The position numbers and the translations under genes are program-made. A DNA stretch of 64,000 bases. Origin: Rhodospirillales bacterium (GTDB lineage Bacteria > Pseudomonadota > Alphaproteobacteria > Bin95). Below, in pieces: positions 54,278-64,000 of the stretch (position 1 is the first letter of the stretch; each line of letters opens with the position of its first letter). The notes under the pieces were generated by a model. The model saw only the letters and a list, made by a program, of their open reading frames with translations. It was not told where the DNA came from and made no database searches. The stretch lies in assembly GCA_038143065.1 (NCBI GenBank), contig JAYQLI010000035.1, positions 2,400,894 through 2,464,893 on the forward strand, given 5' to 3'.

Positions 54278-55159
54278 TTACGGTGCTAACGCCTCAAGAG
54301 CATGGATGATTGGTTCGATATTGCCCTTCTCAATTTCTGAATGATCCATAATAGGTTGTATGGCGACTTGATCGGCACCTGCATCTAAATGTTGCTGAAT
54401 TCTTGACTTAATCTGCTCTACTGACCCCCAAGCAACCATTCCGTCCATAAAACGGTCTGACCCGTTGCCGGATACATCGTCTTCATTATAACCGATGCGT
54501 AACCAGTTATTTCTATAATTGGGCAGCGTCATGTACCGGCTAAGTTCCATACGGGCGAGTCGCCTTCCTTCACTGGGTTCTGCGACCAACGCTACTTTTT
54601 GTTCGACAACAAGCCGCCTATCTGGGCCAATTTTTTGTCTGGCTAAAATGGTGTGATCAGGAGTGACGTTGTAAGGCAGTGCTCCCTGTGCGAGTTCGCC
54701 TGATAATTCAAGCATCTTTGGCCCAAGCGCACCAAGCATGATTGGTAAGCTTGTAGGCTTTTCTAGTTTATGTTGGATCGCATAAATAGCCTCTAGGTAC
54801 ATGCGCATGGCTGATAGAGGTTTTTCATAAACATGACCTCGCGTTCCCTGAACCATAGGAGCATGTGATACACCCAGGCCTAAAGTAAAACGTCCTCCAG
54901 AAATCTCATTAAGAGTTCTTACCCCATTTCCTGCGGAGGCTGGATCTCGGGCGTAAATGTTTGCAATGGAAGAACCTACGTTCATCCGCTCCAACCTATG
55001 GAGTAATGCTGCACCAATCACCATGGATTCAGAAACGGCTGACTCAGGATACCAAAATGTATCGTAATTTAGCTCTTCAGCTTTTTTTGCGATGGTGAAC
55101 CCATTCTCGTAACCTAGTCGATCTAGAGACTGCCAAATACCGAGCTGAGAGGAAAGCAT
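54278..55159 (-). CDS. LLM-class flavin (putatively F420)-dependent oxidoreductase, TIGR03620-like
   Basis: IANIYARD, GRFTLGLGVSH, ALGPKML, LPNYRNNW and HLDAGADQV motifs. Confidence 0.85.
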   Translation of the reverse strand: MLSSQLGIWQSLDRLGYENGFTIAKKAEELNYDTFWYPESAVSESMVIGAALLHRLERMNVGSSIANIYARDPASAGNGVRTLNEISGGRFTLGLGVSHAPMVQGTRGHVYEKPLSAMRMYLEAIYAIQHKLEKPTSLPIMLGALGPKMLELSGELAQGALPYNVTPDHTILARQKIGPDRRLVVEQKVALVAEPSEGRRLARMELSRYMTLPNYRNNWLRIGYNEDDVSGNGSDRFMDGMVAWGSVEQIKSRIQQHLDAGADQVAIQPIMDHSEIEKGNIEPIIHALEALAP

Positions 55160-56264
55160 TAGGAAACTCCATTTAAAAACCAGTTGAGTGTGCTCGAGGC
55201 CTCATCTTGAGGGAAGACGTGAGAGCGATCTGTAAGTTCTACGAAAGTTATGTGAGCTCCGCTAGCACGAAAAGCTTCTTTTGCCTGATGGGCAAGTTCT
55301 ATAGGGAACATCCAGTCTCTGGTTCCGTGAACAAGTCTGATAGGTAAGCCGTCCAGCCGGTCACTTGATATAAATTCAAGAAGCATGGGGTGAAAACTGG
55401 CAGAAAACGGAGCAAGGTGGGTGGCGCAGCTATTATTGAAAAGCCCTGACACATAACAAAAAGTTCCACCATCGCTCATTCCTGTCATTAGAACTCTCTT
55501 GCGATCAAGATTTTGGTACTTCTCTACTTCCTCGAGTGCACGATCTAGGGTTGAGCTATCTAAGTCTTCCCCTGCTATTGCCCAAGTTTTGCCGCTTGAG
55601 TTTGGAGCTATCAATACAGTGCCGAATGCACGGGCAGCAGGAAGCCAGTTCCAAATAAAATCTTTACCGTTTCCTTTTCCTCCATGAAGAGCCAGCACCA
55701 CTGGGGCAGCAACAGTGGGGTCCAAATATTCAGGAATATAGACTGTACACTCTGTTTGATTTTTGCTGTTTTGTATCAAGTGTTTTGTGATGCCGCCAAG
55801 CGATGCGTCTTGGTCAGCTGCTGCCTCAATCTTTGCGATAAGATCTTTAGTTTCTCTATATTCTTGAGGAAGATAATATTGGCTGATTGGCGTTGAGATA
55901 TCGGCAACAGTGTAAAGGGTTCGCTCTGCTAATATATGTTCTTTGATGCTACGGTGTGCCCGCCAAAGAGCATCAAACCCATTTAATTCTGCCGCTTCTT
56001 CTAGCCCATTATAAGCATCTAAGGTAGCTGTTGCTGTTCGTTCAATTATGTCTCTAAAGGTTTTAAGTTCGCTTGGCCATTTGCCAGATCTAAGAGAGGC
56101 AAGAGCAGCTTCCAGAGTTTCTGAATTATCCCTGATTGCATTAACGATTAAGTCTATCCTGTAGGGCTCCAAACGCTGACGCGCCCACGTTAGCGTATCC
56201 ATCGCTTGAAGAAGTGGTATCAAGGATGCTGCTATGGTTTCCAGCAGCTCCCTTTTTTAGTCAT
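55159..56264 (-). CDS. Phospholipase/carboxylesterase (alpha/beta hydrolase) with N-terminal helical extension (frameshift near 56254)
   Basis: ALHGGKG, GMSDGG, HGTRDWMFP and SH motifs; the true start ATG 56264 overlaps the upstream stop. Confidence 0.8.
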
Positions 56265-57346
56265 TACGATAGGGCGCTATAAATGAGGCCAAGGAATTCA
56301 TCTGTCTTTTCTGGTTGAAGCCAACGCGAAACCACAACTAAATCGTGCTCCGGGTCTACCCAAATGGAATTGCCGCCCGCTCCAACAGCCTGAAACGGAC
56401 CCTCTGGTGCTCGTGGCATTCGAGCGCGATCAGTGTTCAACCACCATAGCCAGCCGTAAGCCGGATTGACTTCAGAAGGTTTTGGGGCACTTGTAATATA
56501 TCTTTCAGAGATAACTTGTTGGCCATTCCATCGACCGTTTCTTGCCATTAGAAGTCCAATGCGAGCTTGGTCGCGCGCGGAAATAAACATTCCGCCACCC
56601 CAGTGTGCTCCTCCTGAGACTGACTGCATCAGCCTATCGTCAATCTCAATCCAGCTATTGTAATACCCATGCCATTCCCATGTATTGCTCGCGCCAATAG
56701 GGTCCATTATTCGAGTTTTAAATATCTCAGGCAGGGGTTGTTTTATGACTTGAAGAGCGGCCAATGCGAGTCGGTTAACCCGAACATCATTATATTCCCA
56801 ATAACTTCCTGGAGTATTAAGTGGTCGTGCTTCACCCTTTTTAGTATTACGTCCCTTTGCTGCTAGATCACGGTTCCGGTCTACGACATCAGGCTTTCCC
56901 CAAAGCTCGCCTTCCCACTCACTTGCTAGCTGAAGCATATTTCTCCAGGTGATAGGAGCATTTTGAATGCTGTCGAAACCACCATCATTGACAAGCGCAC
57001 CTATAGGTTGGTCTGGATCACTTATAAGTCCGTCGTCCAGAGCAAGACCTATTGTCATCGATATACAGGATTTAGCGCATGAAAATGTCATATCTGGGCG
57101 GCTGGTATCACCCCATTCCGCTACAATTTTACCACCAAGGATGATCAATCCTGCTGGACCGCCGCGTGGACGAACGTGACCAATAATTTCATTCCAGGGA
57201 GGAGGTTCAAAATGTCCTTGGCCAATTACTTGACTGAGATCGCGGGACCAAGATACCTCGTTTGTTTTGGCAAACTGCGAGGCCTCGCCAAATCGTTCTT
57301 GTATTTCTGAGGGCCATTGTGATCCAGGAGGTGGAAATATATTCAT
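56264..57346 (-). CDS. Serine hydrolase (beta-lactamase/AmpC-like)
   Basis: FSCAKS (SxxK), YND, HWGGG, YGWLWW and GAGGN motifs. Confidence 0.88.
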   Translation of the reverse strand: MNIFPPPGSQWPSEIQERFGEASQFAKTNEVSWSRDLSQVIGQGHFEPPPWNEIIGHVRPRGGPAGLIILGGKIVAEWGDTSRPDMTFSCAKSCISMTIGLALDDGLISDPDQPIGALVNDGGFDSIQNAPITWRNMLQLASEWEGELWGKPDVVDRNRDLAAKGRNTKKGEARPLNTPGSYWEYNDVRVNRLALAALQVIKQPLPEIFKTRIMDPIGASNTWEWHGYYNSWIEIDDRLMQSVSGGAHWGGGMFISARDQARIGLLMARNGRWNGQQVISERYITSAPKPSEVNPAYGWLWWLNTDRARMPRAPEGPFQAVGAGGNSIWVDPEHDLVVVSRWLQPEKTDEFLGLIYSALS

Positions 57347-57714
57347 TTCCTATTCTCAAACATTTCAAAATTTAGCTTTGGCGCAGAGCCAAACCAGATG
57401 GGGTAATCTCGGTGATCTTTCAATTCGTTTTCTGTATTGGGGTGAAGGAGGACTGTAAGGCCCTGACGATTTATACAAAACCAAGAAACAATTTCTGCTA
57501 GTTTTTCGTTGGGGATTATGATCTGAAAGCTGCCAAATGGATGGGGGCCTACCGGCTTATCATGCATTCGACCGAGTTGGAGTTTTGGCATGATGCTTTC
57601 AATTTCGTGGTAGAGAGCTTCAGCAGTTTTTTTTGTATCTGCTTCAAAATAAACATGAATATGCCAATCTTGGATCGTCTCTGTAATAAGGGTATCCATA
57701 TCTAAATCTTTCAA
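57343..57714 (-). CDS. DOPA 4,5-dioxygenase family protein
   Basis: WHIHVYF, PVGPHP.GSFQ, R.GLTVLLHPNT and DH..YP.WFG motifs. Confidence 0.85.
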   Translation of the reverse strand: MKDLDMDTLITETIQDWHIHVYFEADTKKTAEALYHEIESIMPKLQLGRMHDKPVGPHPFGSFQIIIPNEKLAEIVSWFCINRQGLTVLLHPNTENELKDHRDYPIWFGSAPKLNFEMFENRK

Positions 57715-58766
57715 TCTCGGCCAGCTACCACATCACGGATCACAGACAGAGCTAAATCTATACCGCGGGCATCCACATCTAGGTGTGTCACTGCTCTCAT
57801 TAAATCTTTAGGACCATAGCCTGCACCAATCCGGATCCCTTTCTGGAGAAGTTTTTCAGACATTTCATAGTTATCCATACCGGTCGCGGTAGCATCAAAA
57901 AATACCATATTGGTCTCAGGCTCTTCTGGGTCTACTTCAATACCTGGAATTTGCATTAGGCCTTGCGCAAGACGTTTTGCATTGATGTGATCGTCGGCTA
58001 GGCGTTCAACATGATTTTGAAGAGCATAAACGCCGGCAGCAGCTATGATACCCGATTGTCTCATAGCGCCGCCAAATTGGTGTTTCCAGCGCCAACTCTC
58101 TTCAATAAAATCTTTTGATCCAACAAGCACTGCTCCAACAGGACATCCAAGACCCTTCGACAGGTCAATCCAAGTAGAATCACAATTGCTTGCAAATTTT
58201 TGCGCTGAAGTTCCTGTCGCCTCGACCGCATTTAGTAAACGTGCTCCATCCATATGCATTGCAAGCCCATGCCGTTTAGACGCTGCAGCAACATCTTTCA
58301 CTTCATCTAAGGTCCAGCAAGCGCCTCCACCAAAGTTACTTGTTTGTTCAATTGAAACTAATTTTGGTACCGGCCTGTTGTGCTTGTAGGGCTTCATGGC
58401 TTGGTCAACGGAAGTGCCAGAAAAAACTCCTCGGCGTCCGCCATCGAGTTGTGTGATCATACATCCGGAAAGCGCCGCAGGACCGCCAGCCTCTGCATGT
58501 ATGGGATGAGCTAGTTGGTCCATAATTACGCTGTCACCCTGTCGACAATACACGCGATAGGCGATTGCATTGCACATCGTGCCTGAGGGAAGAAACACAG
58601 CGCTCTCATGACCAGTAAGCTCCGCAACCATTTCAATTAGCTTATTAACTGTGGGGTCTTCGCCAGCCTGTTCATTACCCACTTCAGCATTTGCCATTGC
58701 TTGGCGCATGGCATTGGTTGGGCGCGTAATTGTGTCACTATAAAGGTCGACGGCTAGTGCGGTCAT
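57711..58766 (-). CDS. ltaE: Low-specificity L-threonine aldolase family
   Basis: DLYSDT.T.P, EDPTV, PSGTMCN, HMDGARL, LSKGLG (PLP Lys) and GGAMRQSG motifs. Confidence 0.88.
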   Translation of the reverse strand: MTALAVDLYSDTITRPTNAMRQAMANAEVGNEQAGEDPTVNKLIEMVAELTGHESAVFLPSGTMCNAIAYRVYCRQGDSVIMDQLAHPIHAEAGGPAALSGCMITQLDGGRRGVFSGTSVDQAMKPYKHNRPVPKLVSIEQTSNFGGGACWTLDEVKDVAAASKRHGLAMHMDGARLLNAVEATGTSAQKFASNCDSTWIDLSKGLGCPVGAVLVGSKDFIEESWRWKHQFGGAMRQSGIIAAAGVYALQNHVERLADDHINAKRLAQGLMQIPGIEVDPEEPETNMVFFDATATGMDNYEMSEKLLQKGIRIGAGYGPKDLMRAVTHLDVDARGIDLALSVIRDVVAGRD

Positions 58767-58812
58767 TCATGTTTCTCCTGACGGTAAGTCAAAAACAAAT
58801 AGATAGCAGGAC

Positions 58813-60297
58813 TTAACTCGTAGCAGTAATGATTGATTTTAGTTCTGGTGTTGGTCCAGATTTAAGTTGATCAAGATTAGGTATAGGCCTCTGCAATTCG
58901 GGAATGCTTGCTGCCGCTTGTTGTATGGCGTGGGCTGCACCGAGGACGAACGCATCATCTTTCGCAGGACCAATAACTTGCAGACCAAACGGCATGCCCT
59001 TTTCGTCTACGCCCAACGGTATGGAAGCGGCAGGACAGGTAGTTAGCGTTATTCCAAAAGTTGGAGCTAGCCAAGAAAAGTAGGATTTAAGTTTCTCTCC
59101 ATTCATCTCTTCTAGGTAAAGTTGCTCCCAGGGGAAGGGTGAGATCGGCGTTGTTGGTGCTATCAAAAGATCAAATTTATCGAAAAATGCCTCTGTTCGC
59201 CTGTAAAGATTGGTTTGTTCAATTTCTGCTGCGGCAACATCTGCCAAGCTCATACCTGCGCCTTGCTCGTAGTTCGCACGAACATTCGGGCCGAGTAGAT
59301 TAGGGTCTTTTAGATAGGTCTCGGTGTGCCCGGCGACGAAACTCAGTGCTCTTAGAACACTGAAGGTCTTCTCCGCATCACCAAGATCTGGTGTGTCTTC
59401 AATACACTCTCTGAAAAGGCCTTTGATTTTTTGGACTTTGCTGCGAAAAGTTTTCCCATAAGCTTCATCTATATCGGCAAAGCCTAAGTCCGTGGACCAC
59501 GCAACGCTTAAACTACCAAGGTCAACCGGAAGTGGTGTACTTAGATCTCGGGGATCGAGCGCTATGCTTAGTGGGTCACGGGCATCATCAGCAGTTTGCA
59601 TTGCAATTAGCATACAGATGTCTTCGATCGATCGTCCCATTGGGCCGTCAACACTTAAGGGCGACCAACCCTGCACTCGTTTTTGTGTTGGGACGAGGCC
59701 CGGTGTTGGCCGAAAACCTGACACACCACAATAGGCAGCTGGAATACGAAGGGATCCACCCATGTCTGAGCCTGTTGCGAGTGGCATCATCCCGCATGCT
59801 AGGGCTACTGCTGATCCACCTGATGACCCACCCGCGTTTAGAAGTGGATTGAAAGGGTTGCCCGTTGCTCCCCAAACCTGATTTCGTGTATTGGCGCCTG
59901 CGCCGAATTCAGGCGTGTTAGTTTTGCAAAAGACAATTCCACCAGCGCTTTTTATACGGGCTACCATTATATCGTCTTCATTGGGAACGTGGTCTTTGTA
60001 TTGAGTTGACCCGTAGGTTGTTCTTAGTCCAGCCGTATTTTGAAGATCTTTGATGCCAATAGGTAGGCCGTGTAGCGGAGGGAGGTCATCGCCCCGGAGC
60101 ACCATTCTTTCGGCCTCGACTGCCGCTACTCTTGCGCGATCAAAATCGCGAGCGCAGATGGCATTAACTGCTGGGTCAATTTGATCGATACGCTCAATAC
60201 AAGCTTCCAGTAATTCAACGGGCGAAATTTCTTTTGTTCCGATCCGACGCCGTGCTTCTTTAGCCGATAGTTCATTTAAGCTGTCATCAGTCATCAT
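58813..60297 (-). CDS. Amidase signature family enzyme
   Basis: GIKDL, KTNTPEFGAG, GGSSGGSA and GSDMGGSLRIPA motifs; start at ATG 60297. Confidence 0.92.
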   Translation of the reverse strand: MMTDDSLNELSAKEARRRIGTKEISPVELLEACIERIDQIDPAVNAICARDFDRARVAAVEAERMVLRGDDLPPLHGLPIGIKDLQNTAGLRTTYGSTQYKDHVPNEDDIMVARIKSAGGIVFCKTNTPEFGAGANTRNQVWGATGNPFNPLLNAGGSSGGSAVALACGMMPLATGSDMGGSLRIPAAYCGVSGFRPTPGLVPTQKRVQGWSPLSVDGPMGRSIEDICMLIAMQTADDARDPLSIALDPRDLSTPLPVDLGSLSVAWSTDLGFADIDEAYGKTFRSKVQKIKGLFRECIEDTPDLGDAEKTFSVLRALSFVAGHTETYLKDPNLLGPNVRANYEQGAGMSLADVAAAEIEQTNLYRRTEAFFDKFDLLIAPTTPISPFPWEQLYLEEMNGEKLKSYFSWLAPTFGITLTTCPAASIPLGVDEKGMPFGLQVIGPAKDDAFVLGAAHAIQQAAASIPELQRPIPNLDQLKSGPTPELKSIITATS

Positions 60298-60319
60298 GTA
60301 TCTCTCGTTTGTTTGCTTT

Positions 60320-62594
60320 TTATTTTTGGTCGTATGTTTGAGCTTCAACGGAAGCAATCGCTGTCATGTTCAAGACCGTGCGGGCTGTAGCGGATGGGGT
60401 CAACACGTGAGCTGGTTGTGCAACACCCAAGAGAATTGGTCCAATATGCAAACCATCAGCTGCGCGTTTAGCAAAATTAAAAGCAATGTTGGCAGCATCG
60501 AGTGTTGGCATAATTAAAAGGTTGGCAGCCCCCTCTAACTTCGCCGATGGTAAAATGCGCTTTCGAATTTCCTCATCGATTGCTGCGTCGGCGTGCATTT
60601 CGCCCTCGACCTCAAAGTCAAGTTTCATTTCGTTTAATACAGTCATTGCTTTCTGCATTTTTGAAGCAGACTCACTGTCACGACCACCAAAATTAGAATG
60701 TGAAACTAATGCTACCTTTGGAGTCATTCCAAAGCGCGCTAGCTCGCTGGCGGCAAGCAATGTCATCCGAACAATATCATCTGAAGAGGGGTCATTATTC
60801 ACATAGGTATCGCATATGAAATAAGCGCCTGATGGCATTATCAGACCGCTCATTGCTGCGAGCTGCTGCACGCCAGGTGCTTTACCTATTACCGCATCAA
60901 TCAGGTTTAGTTGTTGCGCATAGGCACCATTTAATCCGCAAATCATCGCATCGGCATCACCGCGTCTGACCGCAATAGCAGCTATAGCAGTTGGATCAGA
61001 TCTAATAGCAAGCCTAGCAGCGTCTGGTGTTACACCCCTTCTTCCCATTAAATTGTGGTATGTTTCCCAATAATCTCGATAACGATCATCGTGCTCTGGA
61101 TTGATTAATTCAAAGTCTTCTCCAGCACGAATACGAAGTCCTAATCGAGTTAACCTAGATTCTACTACGCGAGGCCTTCCAATCAGAATTGGTTTTGCAA
61201 CGCCTTCATCAATTGCAGCCTGTGCTGCGCGCAAAACGCGTTCATCCTCGCCTTCAGCAAATATTACTCGTTTAGGTACTTCTCTTGCTCTCTCAAATAC
61301 TGGTTTCATGATTAAGCCAGAGCGGAAGACAAATGAATTTAGCCTTGCCTCGTATGCCTCCCAATCCTCAATTGGGCGTCTGGCTACACCGGTCTCACAC
61401 GCAGCTTTAGCAACTGCTGGTGCTATTTTTAGAATTAAGCGCGGATCGAAAGGCTTTGGGATGATATAGTTTTGTCCGAAGGATAATTGCTCTCCCCATA
61501 GGCGGCCTGAACATCTTCAGACTGTTCTGCCATGGCTAGATCCGCAATTGCTCTGACGGCAGCCAGCTTCATTTCTTCGTTAATCTCTGTGGCGCCTACG
61601 TCCAAAGCCCCTCTGAAGATAAAGGGAAGCACAAAACATTGTTAACTTGGTTAGGGTAGTCGGAACGGCCCGTCGCAACCATGGCATCAGACCTTACTTG
61701 GCGGACTGTTGCAGGATCAATTTCTGGATTTGGATTGGCCAATGCGAGAATCAATGGATCAGCCGCCATCTCTTCAACCATTTCAGCCTTCAGAACGCCT
61801 TTTGCCGATAGGCCTAAGAAAACATCTGTGTTTGGTATTACTTCGGCTAATGTACGCTTGTTAGTAGGTTGCGCGTAAGCAGATTTCCATTCGTCCATTT
61901 CTTGCTGGCGACCTTCAAACACCACCCCAGCTATATCAGTTACCCAAATGTTTTCCTTCTTGATACCAAGTTTCACAAGTAAGTTAAGGCAAGCGATAGC
62001 TGCCGCACCGGCACCAGAAGCCACTAATTTAACCTGACCAGGATCTTTCCCAACGAGGCGCAGGCCGTTCAAAATTGCTGCTGCGACTATGATGGCGGTG
62101 CCGTGTTGATCATCATGGAATACAGGGATCGACATGCGGCGACGAAGTTCTTGTTCAATAATAAAGCACTCAGGGGCTTTAATGTCCTCTAAGTTAATAC
62201 CACCGAAGGTGGGCTCAAGTGCGGCTACAACATCACAAAATCGCTCTGGGTCGTTAGCATCCACCTCTATGTCAAATACGTCGATCCCCGCAAATTTCTT
62301 AAAAAGAACTGCTTTACCTTCCATAACGGGTTTGGATGCAAGCGGGCCAATTGCACCGAGCCCAAGTACAGCTGTACCGTTGGACACGACACCTACTAAA
62401 TTGCCCCTGCTAGTAAGGTTTGCTGCCTCTTCAGGATTATCCAAGATAGCTTCGCAAGCGGCGGCTACTCCTGGAGAATAGGCAAGAGCTAGATCGCGTT
62501 GTGTGCCAAGCGGCTTTGTTGCTTGGATAGATAGTTTTCCCGCTGGAGCGCGCCGGTGATATGCAAGTGCGGCAGCTTTCAATGCATCGACCAT
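60320..62594 (-). CDS. maeB: NAD(P)-dependent malic enzyme with PTA-like domain (frameshifts near 61625 and 61495)
   Basis: [47 protein letters not shown] and GEMHAD motifs. Confidence 0.95.
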
Positions 62595-62675
62595 GCTGCT
62601 TAAAACTCCATTATCCCTGTTACTTAAGTGAAAAGATTCATTTGTTAAATCGAATTTAAGCTTTAATCCCGCTTA

Positions 62676-63437
62676 TTATTTATTTCTAGCGGCAAAGAAT
62701 GCATTGATGAACTCTTGTGGTTCTCCATTGGCGAAGGCAGCTTGTTGACCAAGTACGCCCGACCGAAAAGCCTCGTCAAAGCCTTTGAGAGCCACTTCTC
62801 GAAATCTTTGCTTGGTTTTCAGCCACGCCGTTGGCATCTTGTTTGAAAGATGAAGTGCAACTTCTGTAGCGGTTTCAATCACCTTTTCAGGCGCTACAAC
62901 CCGATTTAGGATGCCAAAGCGTTGAGCCTCTTCAGCATCCATCATCCTGCCAGTCATAGATAATTCTTGATTCAGCGACCAGGGTAGGTGGAGGCTCATC
63001 CAATAGGATCCCATTACACTCGGGATCCCTGCATTAATCTCTGGCTGCCCAAGTTTTACTCCATGGTGAGCAACGCGAAAATCTGAAACGAGTGCAATTT
63101 GAAAGCCGCCGCCAGTCGCAACACCATTTAACGCAGTGATGACAGGTTTATTCGTGAGCAGGATTTGTTTGTACACATTGCAGATCAGCCCAAACCAGAC
63201 CTCAATGTCTTCTACCTTAATTAGTTTTGCTTCCTCTAGGTCAACGCCTGCGCAAAATGCTCTGTCCCCGGCCCCCGTCAGCACTATGCCTTTTACTTCT
63301 GGGTCTGAGTCTAATTCGATCAGTGCTTCGGTGGTGATCTTGGCTAGACCACGGCTGATAGCGTTTAAGGAATTTGGGCGGTTTAAACGGAGAATTGCTA
63401 CTTCACCGTTTCTTTGGGTTTCTACAGGGCTCTGCAA
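62676..63437 (-). CDS. Enoyl-CoA hydratase/isomerase family
   Basis: LNRPNSLNA, AFCAGVDL, GVATGGG and GQPE motifs; likely TTG start at 63437. Confidence 0.9.
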   Translation of the reverse strand: MQSPVETQRNGEVAILRLNRPNSLNAISRGLAKITTEALIELDSDPEVKGIVLTGAGDRAFCAGVDLEEAKLIKVEDIEVWFGLICNVYKQILLTNKPVITALNGVATGGGFQIALVSDFRVAHHGVKLGQPEINAGIPSVMGSYWMSLHLPWSLNQELSMTGRMMDAEEAQRFGILNRVVAPEKVIETATEVALHLSNKMPTAWLKTKQRFREVALKGFDEAFRSGVLGQQAAFANGEPQEFINAFFAARNK

Positions 63438-63444
63438 TGTTAAT

Positions 63445-63997
63445 TTACTCGGGGAACGGCAGAGGTTCACCGTCCGGTAAAGGTACGGCAGCTACATTTA
63501 AAGTAAGGCCAACGAGCGTGTAGTAACCGCAAGCACCAACAATTTCGACAAGTCCCTCTTCGCCAAACATTTCAACTGCCTGGCTAAAGCTTTTGTCAGA
63601 AATACGCTTTGTATTTAGTAATTCAGTAGCAAATGCGTACGCCATGGCTTCATCTTCGGCAGCATTTTCAGGTTTTTTTCCCTGTGCGAATAGCTTCCAA
63701 AGTCTCGGTAGAAACCCCTGCTTCTAAAGCTATTCTTGCGTGAGCAAACCACTCATACTGGGCTCGAATACTCGCTGCAGTTGTGCAAATGACTATCTCG
63801 CGTACTCGGTCGTTAAGGCAGGAGCGAAATCTTATGTGTGCGCCAAGATCTTGAGCGATTGCAGCAAACTCAGGACTACGAATCCATGCTCCAAAGGGCC
63901 CCCGTACACCGCCACGAGGCCCATTTTTCACCATCTCTATAACTTCTTTCTGTCTTGGTGACAGCTCTGCATCAGATGGCAGGGGTAGACGGGTCAT
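63445..63997 (-). CDS. Carboxymuconolactone decarboxylase/AhpD-like family protein (frameshift near 63675)
   Basis: GPRGGVRGPF..WIRSP, RE..I, YEWFAH and VE..GYY motifs; two ORFs join in a T run. Confidence 0.85.
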
Positions 63998-64000
63998 TTT

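Noticed and set aside
1-64000. CRISPR arrays, IS elements, prophage or defence systems
   Set aside because: I found no regularly spaced repeats and no transposase, integrase, phage or defence genes; intergenic gaps are all short.

Overview
Gene-dense core-plus-metabolic region of an alphaproteobacterial chromosome (gene content and order look Rhodospirillales-like; moderate GC). It has about 62 CDS and two tRNAs (Leu-CAA, Pro-GGG), and I saw no integrase, IS, prophage or CRISPR array. Housekeeping genes: rnj 3' end, holA, lptE, leuS, gshB, mmcB, bolA, recG, sdhE, mfd, metY, ihfA, NifU/NfuA, pdxH, moaB, maeB. The most notable blocks are: (1) a four-gene sphingolipid/ceramide locus (acyl-ACP synthetase, CerR-like reductase, specialised ACP, serine palmitoyltransferase; 42.0-46.2 kb); (2) soeABC sulfite dehydrogenase translationally coupled behind tauE, TIGR02186 and usp (34.5-41.2 kb); (3) an unassigned amide/carbamoyl catabolic run with three amidases, RidA, an M20 N-carbamoylase, two SDRs and a crotonase (21.3-29.6 kb); (4) an orphan ThDP decarboxylase beta subunit coupled to a TfdA/TauD dioxygenase; (5) a coupled run containing a DOPA 4,5-dioxygenase-family gene. 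More than 20 frameshifts, mostly single-base indels in homopolymers and some in essential genes, indicate long-read consensus errors. Split ORFs were therefore rejoined by hand, and bolA, which the ORF track misses, was recovered. All product calls come from motif recognition by eye; no database search was run. I cannot demonstrate a wholly new system here, so the best leads are given as testable hypotheses.
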